Source: an uncultured Actinomycetes bacterium
GTDB taxonomy: Bacteria; Actinomycetota; Actinomycetes; Streptosporangiales; Streptosporangiaceae
Direction of reading: 5' to 3'
Length of the DNA stretch: 64,000 nt
Assembly (NCBI GenBank): GCA_963722275.1
Contig: CAVRMX010000040.1
Location: forward strand, 50 to 64,049
Of the stretch, positions 58,557 to 64,000 are shown piece by piece (positions within the stretch are counted from its first letter, which is position 1; each line of letters begins with the position of its first letter). The notes under the pieces are model-generated. The model did no database searches. It was not told the DNA's origin and saw only the letters and a program-made list of their open reading frames with translations. A program made the translations under genes and the position numbers.

Positions 58557-61379
58557 CTAGGTAAATGCCTCCGGCGGCGGGCACGCGCAGATCAGGTTCC
58601 TGTCGCCGTAGGCCTGGTCGACGCGCCGCACCGGCGGCCAGTACTTGGCCCGGCGGTCCAGGCCGGCCGGGTAGGCGGCCTCCTCGGCGTCGTACGGGTG
58701 CTTCCACTCCCCCGCGATCAGCATCTCCGCGGTGTGCGGGGCGTTCTTCAGCGGGTTGTCGTGCGCGTCGTACTCGCCGGAAGCCACCTGGGCGATCTCC
58801 GCCCGGATCGCGATCATCGCCTCGCAGAACCGGTCGAGCTCGGCCAGGCTCTCGCTCTCGGTGGGCTCGATCATGAACGTGCCCGCGACCGGGAACAACA
58901 TCGTCGGTGCGTGGAAGCCGTAGTCGATCAGCCGCTTGGCCACGTCCTCCACGGTGATACCGGTCTGGCGGGCCAGTGGCCGCAGGTCGATGACGCACTC
59001 GTGCGCGACCAGCTCGTTCCGCCCGGTGTACAGCACCGGGTAGTGCGGCGCCAGCCGCCGGGCCACGTAGTTGGCGGACAGCACCGCGACCTGGGTCGCC
59101 TGCCGGAGCCCGGCCGCCCCCATCATCGCGACGTAGGCCCAGGAGATGGGCAGGATGCCGGCCGACCCGTAGGGCGCGGCCGCAACCGGGCCCGTGCCGC
59201 CGCGGCCCGGCAGGAAGTCCGCCAGGTGCGCGCGGACCGCGACAGGGCCGACGCCGGGGCCGCCGCCGCCGTGCGGGATGCAGAACGTCTTGTGCAGGTT
59301 CAGATGCGACACGTCGGCGCCGAACGACGGCAGGGTGGCCACCCCGACCAGCGCGTTGAGGTTCGCACCGTCGATGTACACCTGGCCGCCCGCCGCATGC
59401 ACGGCCGCGCAGATGTCGGTGACGTTCTGCTCGTAGACGCCGGCCGTGGACGGGTAGGTGATCATGATCGCCGCGACGTGCCCCTCGTGCGCCGCCAGCT
59501 TGCCCTGCAGGTCGCCGAGGTCGACGGCACCGCCGGCGTCGCATTTGACCACCGCGACGCGCAGCCCGGCCAGCACCGCGCTGGCCGCGTTGGTGCCGTG
59601 CGCCGACTCCGGGATCAGGCAGACGTCGCGGCCGTCCTCGCCGCGCGAGGCGTGGTACCCGCGGATGGCGAGCAGGCCGGCCAGCTCGCCCTGGGAGCCG
59701 GCGTTCGGCTGCACCGAGACCGCGTCGTAGCCGGTGAGCCGGGCCAGCCGGAGCTCGAGCGACTCGATCAGCTCGAGGTAGCCGCCCGCCTGGGCGGCCG
59801 GCGCGAACGGGTGCATCCCGGCGAACTCCGGCCAGCTGACCGGCTCCATCTCTGCCGTCGCGTTCAGCTTCATCGTGCACGAGCCGAGCGGGATCATCGA
59901 CCGGTCGAGGGCGATGTCGAAGTCCGCCAGCCGCCGCAGGTAGCGCAGCATCGCGGTCTCGCTGCGGTGCTCGCGGAACACCGGGTGGGTGAGGAACTCC
60001 GAGGTGCGCCGCAGCGACCCGGGCAGCACGTCGGGCGAACCGTCCGATAGCTGCACGTCAGCGGGGTTTTCCAGCCAGCAGATGGCGGCCACGAGCTCGC
60101 GCAGCTGCTCGTCGGTGGTGGTCTCGTCGCAGCTGACCTGGACCGCGTCATCGGACGCCAGGTAGAGGTTGTACCCGGCGGCGTGCGCACGTTCCAGGGC
60201 GGCCGCCGCTTCATGGCGACCGCCGTCAAAGGCAATCCGGATCGTGTCGAAGAAGTCACCCGCGCTCGTTCGGTGCCCGAAATCGCGCAGCGTCGCGGAC
60301 AGGACCGCGGCGCTGCGGTGAGCGGCCCGGGCGATGGCGGCCAGCCCGTCAGGACCGTGGTAAGCGGCATACATGGCCGCGGTCACGGCCAGCAGGACCT
60401 GCGCGGTGCAGATGTTGCTCGTCGCCTTCTCCCGGCGGATGTGCTGCTCGCGGGCCTGCAGCGCGAGCCGGTAGGCGGGCTGGCCGTCGGCGTCCACCGA
60501 CACCCCGACCAGCCGGCCCGGCAGCTGGCGCTTCAGCGCGTCGCTGACCGCGATGTAGCCGGCGTGCGGCCCGCCGAACCACAGCGGCACGCCGAACCGC
60601 TGGGTCGAGCCCACCGCGACGTCCGCGCCTGCCTCGCCGGGCGGCTGGAGCAGGGTCAGCGCCAGCAGGTCGGCGGCCACCGCGGCCAGCGCCCCCGCGG
60701 CGTGCGCCGCCTCGATCAGCGGCGCGGGGTCGCGGATGACGCCGGAGGCCCCGGGGAACTGCAGCAGCACGCCGAACAAGTCGCTCTGCCGGGCGATGGC
60801 CTCGGCGGTCACCGGCTCGACGACCAGGTGGATGCCGAGCGGCTCGGCCCGGGTGCGCAGCACGGCCAGCGTCTGCGGCAGGCAGTCGGCGTCAGCCAGG
60901 AACACGTGGCCCTTCTTCGTGGCCCGCCGGGCCAGCGTCATCGCCTCGGCGGCCGCGGTCGCCTCGTCGAGCAGTGACGCGCCGGCCCACGGCAGCCCGG
61001 TCAGGTCGGCGACCATGGTCTGGAAGTTCAGCAGCGCCTCGAGCCTGCCCTGCGAGATCTCCGGCTGGTACGGGGTGTACGCGGTGTACCAGGCCGGGTT
61101 CTCAAGCACGTTGCGGCGGATCACGGCCGGGGTGATCGTGTCGTAGTAGCCCAGGCCGATCATCGAGGTCAGCACCTGGTTCCGGCCGGCCATCCGGCGC
61201 AGTTCGGCCAGCGCCTGGGTCTCGGTCAGCGGATCGGGCAGACGCAGGTCAGCGGGGGGTGTCCCCTCCGGCAGGGCGGCGGCGGTGAGCTCGTCGAGCG
61301 AGGCGTACCCCAGGCTGTCGAGCATGTGCCGCTGTTCGGCGGGCGCCGGGCCTATGTGGCGAATGGCGAAGTCTGTCAA
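58557..61379 (-). CDS. gcvP: glycine dehydrogenase (aminomethyl-transferring), glycine cleavage system P protein
   Basis: Colinear with single-chain GcvP. Start moved to TTG 61379 (GGGAGG 5 nt upstream, giving [11 protein letters not shown]...), because the track start at 61430 lies inside the riboswitch. Confidence 0.95.
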   Translation of the reverse strand: MTDFAIRHIGPAPAEQRHMLDSLGYASLDELTAAALPEGTPPADLRLPDPLTETQALAELRRMAGRNQVLTSMIGLGYYDTITPAVIRRNVLENPAWYTAYTPYQPEISQGRLEALLNFQTMVADLTGLPWAGASLLDEATAAAEAMTLARRATKKGHVFLADADCLPQTLAVLRTRAEPLGIHLVVEPVTAEAIARQSDLFGVLLQFPGASGVIRDPAPLIEAAHAAGALAAVAADLLALTLLQPPGEAGADVAVGSTQRFGVPLWFGGPHAGYIAVSDALKRQLPGRLVGVSVDADGQPAYRLALQAREQHIRREKATSNICTAQVLLAVTAAMYAAYHGPDGLAAIARAAHRSAAVLSATLRDFGHRTSAGDFFDTIRIAFDGGRHEAAAALERAHAAGYNLYLASDDAVQVSCDETTTDEQLRELVAAICWLENPADVQLSDGSPDVLPGSLRRTSEFLTHPVFREHRSETAMLRYLRRLADFDIALDRSMIPLGSCTMKLNATAEMEPVSWPEFAGMHPFAPAAQAGGYLELIESLELRLARLTGYDAVSVQPNAGSQGELAGLLAIRGYHASRGEDGRDVCLIPESAHGTNAASAVLAGLRVAVVKCDAGGAVDLGDLQGKLAAHEGHVAAIMITYPSTAGVYEQNVTDICAAVHAAGGQVYIDGANLNALVGVATLPSFGADVSHLNLHKTFCIPHGGGGPGVGPVAVRAHLADFLPGRGGTGPVAAAPYGSAGILPISWAYVAMMGAAGLRQATQVAVLSANYVARRLAPHYPVLYTGRNELVAHECVIDLRPLARQTGITVEDVAKRLIDYGFHAPTMLFPVAGTFMIEPTESESLAELDRFCEAMIAIRAEIAQVASGEYDAHDNPLKNAPHTAEMLIAGEWKHPYDAEEAAYPAGLDRRAKYWPPVRRVDQAYGDRNLICACPPPEAFT

Positions 61380-61390
61380 TGGAGCCTCCC

Positions 61391-61560
61391 CGGAACGAGC
61401 GCGGTCGCTGGCTGGCTCCCCGTCTGTCACGGCGCCCAGATGGCAACACCCGCTCCAGAGATGCCTGTTCCGTCCGGTTCGTGTGCCTGAGAGGTTCCGG
61501 GGATGTTGCCCCTTCGGCGCCCGCGGATTTACGCGGAGACTCTCCCGGCCGGTGTCATCG
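61391..61560 (-). promoter_or_regulatory. glycine riboswitch (one canonical aptamer plus a degenerate second half)
   Basis: The minus strand reads ...CCGGGAGAGtctccgcgtaaatccgcgggCGCCGAAGGGGCAAcatccccggaaCCTCTCAGGCAcacgaaccGGAC..., then CTCTGGAGcggg.... It matches the GGAGAG / CGCCGAAGGGGCAA / CTCAGGCA...GGAC consensus I know for this riboswitch class, in the expected place upstream of gcvP. Confidence 0.8.
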
Positions 61561-61619
61561 GCACTTGCGATCTTACCTGAGTGAAAACCAGATGGCGGGA
61601 CGCGCGCCGCTAAGCCGGG

Positions 61620-62243
61620 TCAGCTGGTGCGGCGCAGCCGGCGCTTGGCCAGGTCGTCCTGACTACCAGGCGGCACCGCCACGAAGCCGTCCTCGGCCCG
61701 GACCGAGGGCAGCACGGCCAGGTCACCCTCGACCTCACGCCAGACCCGGCCGAGCGCGATGCCGAACACGCCCTGGCCGCCCTGGAGCAGGTCGACGACC
61801 TCATCGGTAGACGTGCACTCGTAGACGCTGACCCCGTCGCTCATCAGCGTCACCTGGGCCAGGTCGGCGCTGCCGCGGTCGCGCAGATGCTGGACGGCGG
61901 CCCGGATCTGCTGCAGCGAGATCCCCGTGTCGAGCAGCCGCTTGACCACCTTCAGCACGAGGATATCGCGGAAGCTGTAGAGCCGCTGCGAGCCCGATCC
62001 GCGGGCGGCGCGCACGCTCGGCTCGACCAGCGCGGTGCGGGCCCAGTAGTCCAGCTGACGATAGGTGATGCCGGCAGCGGAACAGGCGGTCGGCCCGCGG
62101 TACCCGATCTCGTCGGAGTCCACGCTGGGCTGACCGGAGACACCGGGTTCACCGGGGACACCGGGCAAGCCCGGGACCTCGCTGTCATCGAACAGGGTGC
62201 CCTGCGAGCTGACCACGGCGGAGGGCCTGCTGTCCTGGCCCAT
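61620..62243 (-). CDS. MerR-family transcriptional regulator (Rv1830-like position)
   Basis: HTH ITYRQLDYWARTALVEPSVRAARGSGSQRLYSFRDILVLKVVKRLLDTGISLQQIR. Start taken at ATG 62243; the track start is 62285. Confidence 0.8.
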   Translation of the reverse strand: MGQDSRPSAVVSSQGTLFDDSEVPGLPGVPGEPGVSGQPSVDSDEIGYRGPTACSAAGITYRQLDYWARTALVEPSVRAARGSGSQRLYSFRDILVLKVVKRLLDTGISLQQIRAAVQHLRDRGSADLAQVTLMSDGVSVYECTSTDEVVDLLQGGQGVFGIALGRVWREVEGDLAVLPSVRAEDGFVAVPPGSQDDLAKRRLRRTS

Positions 62244-62402
62244 ATCTCCGTCGTCACCCCTGGTTACCGCCACGCCCACCTCCACGGGAGCTGACTACCC
62301 ACGGTACTCGCACCGTAAGCCGGCCCACACCGTGGCGTCAACGACCACCCACGGCGCGTCGTGACATTCCGGCGGCTTTGAGCTATGCCGGCACGCAGCC
62401 GG

Positions 62403-62873
62403 TCAGGTGGCCCGGCCGAAGTCCTCCGGCGAGATGGTGTCGAGGAACTCCCGGAACTTCTCCACCTCGTCTTCCTGCTCGTCCGGGATGGCCACGCCCG
62501 CCTCGTCCAGGATTTCCTCGCTGGCGAATATCTGCGCGCCGGTGCGCAGAGCCAGCGCGATCGAGTCCGACGGCCGCGCGCTCACCTCCGCGCCGTTGGA
62601 GAAGACCAGGTCCGCGTAGAAGATCCCGTCCCGCAGCGCGGTGATGTTCACCGTACGCAGCTGGACGTTCAGCACTTCGAGTACGTCGCGGAATAGATCA
62701 TGCGTGAGCGGCCGAAGGGAAACCATGCCCTGCTGGGCGAAGGCGATCGCCGTTGCCTCGACCGCCCCGATCCAGATCGGCAGGTACCTGTCACCCTGCG
62801 CCTCTTTAAGCAAGACGATGGGGCTGTTTGATGGCATCTCGACCCGGACGCCGATGACCTCCATCTGCCGCAC
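62403..62873 (-). CDS. bifunctional nuclease family protein (DUF151; Rv1829-like)
   Basis: GTG 62873 (GGAG 5 nt upstream) or ATG 62864. MEVIGVRVEMPSNSPIVLLKEAQGDRYLPIWIGAVEATAIAFAQQG...SARPSDSIALALRTGAQIF.... Confidence 0.85.
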   Translation of the reverse strand: MRQMEVIGVRVEMPSNSPIVLLKEAQGDRYLPIWIGAVEATAIAFAQQGMVSLRPLTHDLFRDVLEVLNVQLRTVNITALRDGIFYADLVFSNGAEVSARPSDSIALALRTGAQIFASEEILDEAGVAIPDEQEDEVEKFREFLDTISPEDFGRAT

Positions 62874-63755
62874 TACAGCTCCGTCCTCACGTGCCTGGGG
62901 AACCTCGGTTTGGCCACCACTCCCTTTGCCAAGGTACACCCGTAATCGCCCGGAGGCCGACCGCAGCCCCCCGGGCGCGGGTCCCTTCGCGTCCGGAGCG
63001 GGACCTGCTTCGGCCGGGTCCAGGGCGTCCAGCTCGAGGGCGCGGGCGCGCAGGGGCGCCGACGCGAGCCCGGCTTCGGCGAGCGCCGACTCGACCAGCG
63101 TCGCGTGCAGTTGCAGGGTCAGGTCGGCGATCTGCCACGCGGTCCTGGCCGCCGCGTCGCGCGCGCCCGCGCCACGCTGGCGTAGCTGCGGTGCCACCAC
63201 CTGCTCGACCAGGTTCGCTTCCCGGTCGGCGGCCGCCTTGACCGCACGCAGGTGCCTGGCCTGCACTCCGTACTGCCGCAGCGCGGCCAGGGCCCGGGCC
63301 ACCGCCAGCGCCTCCCCGCCGTACATCCGGCCCACCCGGCGGATCAGGCCGTAGTCCTCGAGCTCGGTCAGCTCCGCCTCGCTGATCTCGGCCGTGTCAA
63401 GCAGCTGGCGGCGGGTCATGTCGGCGGGCGTCCGGCCCTCCGGGTCCTGGCCGTTGGCCGTCTCGGCCCCGTCCGCCAGCCGCTCCTTGATCACCCGCAG
63501 CGGCAGGTAGGAATCCCGCTGCATGGTCAGGATGTACCGGAGACGCTCGATGTCGGCGGCGGAGAACCGCCGGTATCCCGAGCGGGACCTGGCCGGCTCG
63601 ATCAGTCCCTCGGCCTCCAGGTAACGGATCTTGGACGTGCTGATGTCATCGGCAAATTCGGGGCGGAGCTGGGCGAGCACCTCGCCGATGCCGAACTGCC
63701 CGCGCGCGTACTGGTCGCTCATGGCCGGACTCCTGCGCGCTTCCGGGGCGCTCAT
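62874..63755 (-). CDS. MerR-family regulator (Rv1828-like); no in-frame stop before the nuclease gene in this assembly
   Basis: MSAPEARRSPAMSDQYARGQFGIGEVLAQLRPEFADDISTSKIRYLEAEGLIEPARSRSGYRRFSAADIERLRYILTMQRDSYLPL.... The literal ORF 62403..63755 fuses it to the nuclease. The 3' boundary given here is nominal. Confidence 0.75.
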
Positions 63756-64000
63756 GCGTAGTCCTGGGCGCCCCTGCCTCGGCGGTCGGCGGACGGCGCC
63801 GGGCCGAGGTCCTGGCTGGTCAGGAACAGCAGCCGGAACTTGCCGATCTGCACCTCGTCCCCGCCGGTCAGCTCGGCCTCCTCGATCCGCTCCCGGTTCA
63901 CGTAGGTGCCGTTGAGGCTGCCCACATCGCGGACGGTGAACCTGGCGCCGTGCCGGTAGAACTCGGCGTGCCGCCGGGAGACGGTCACGTCGTCGAGGAA
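63752..64000 (-). CDS. garA: FHA-domain protein (GarA/OdhI-like); N-terminus beyond the right window edge
   Basis: FHA core ...VSRRHAEFYRHGARFTVRDVGSLNGTYVNRERIEEAELTGGDEVQIGKFRLLF. The reading frame is open to position 64000. Conserved garA-MerR-nuclease-MerR-gcvP synteny. Confidence 0.85.
   Translation of the reverse strand, partial: FLDDVTVSRRHAEFYRHGARFTVRDVGSLNGTYVNRERIEEAELTGGDEVQIGKFRLLFLTSQDLGPAPSADRRGRGAQDYA

Overview
Very GC-rich actinobacterial chromosome segment. WhiB, WhiA, RbpA and several ECF sigma factors point to a filamentous actinomycete, possibly Streptosporangiales (inference only).

Gene order, left to right:
- a partial hypothetical gene and a whiB-family gene;
- a sulfite-reduction cluster: sirA, a 48-aa zinc ribbon, cysH, cbiX;
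- glgX, a RibD_C-family gene, an ECF sigma/anti-sigma-like pair, glutamate decarboxylase, and a paaZ-like gene;
- a same-strand (minus) array of about 12.5 kb. It joins a B12-dependent diol-dehydratase cluster (pduC/D/E-like plus reactivase large subunit, 14.8-19.3 kb) to a complete RMM/aminoacetone-type bacterial microcompartment (BMC) locus (19.4-29.0 kb). The BMC locus holds a GntR regulator, an SDR, an APH-fold kinase, two tandem-BMC proteins, BMC-H, BMC-P, a protein carrying an encapsulation peptide, an acylating aldehyde dehydrogenase, a class-III aminotransferase-fold enzyme and a divergent APC permease;
- the conserved core blocks rbpA-secG-tpiA-pgk-gap, yciI-ECF sigma, and whiA-yvcK-rapZ-uvrC;
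- an MMPL transporter, a P450, an MBL hydrolase, a CocE-type hydrolase, a feruloyl-CoA-synthase-like ligase and a repeat-tailed membrane protein;
- two paralogous HTH + Clp_N two-gene modules with the same promoter/operator architecture. They flank an EamA transporter, a DUF488 gene and an ApbE/FMN-binding/ferric-reductase trio;
- a cupin, gcvP with a glycine riboswitch, and the MerR-nuclease-MerR-garA block.

No rRNA, tRNA, CRISPR, transposase or integrase was recognised.

Non-genic structure worth noting:
- a dispersed G6/C6-hairpin repeat in three copies, two of them translated inside ORFs;
- many in-frame minisatellites at gene ends;
- about eleven reading-frame breaks, almost all in accessory genes.

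All functional calls come from reading the translated ORFs by eye. No database search was run.
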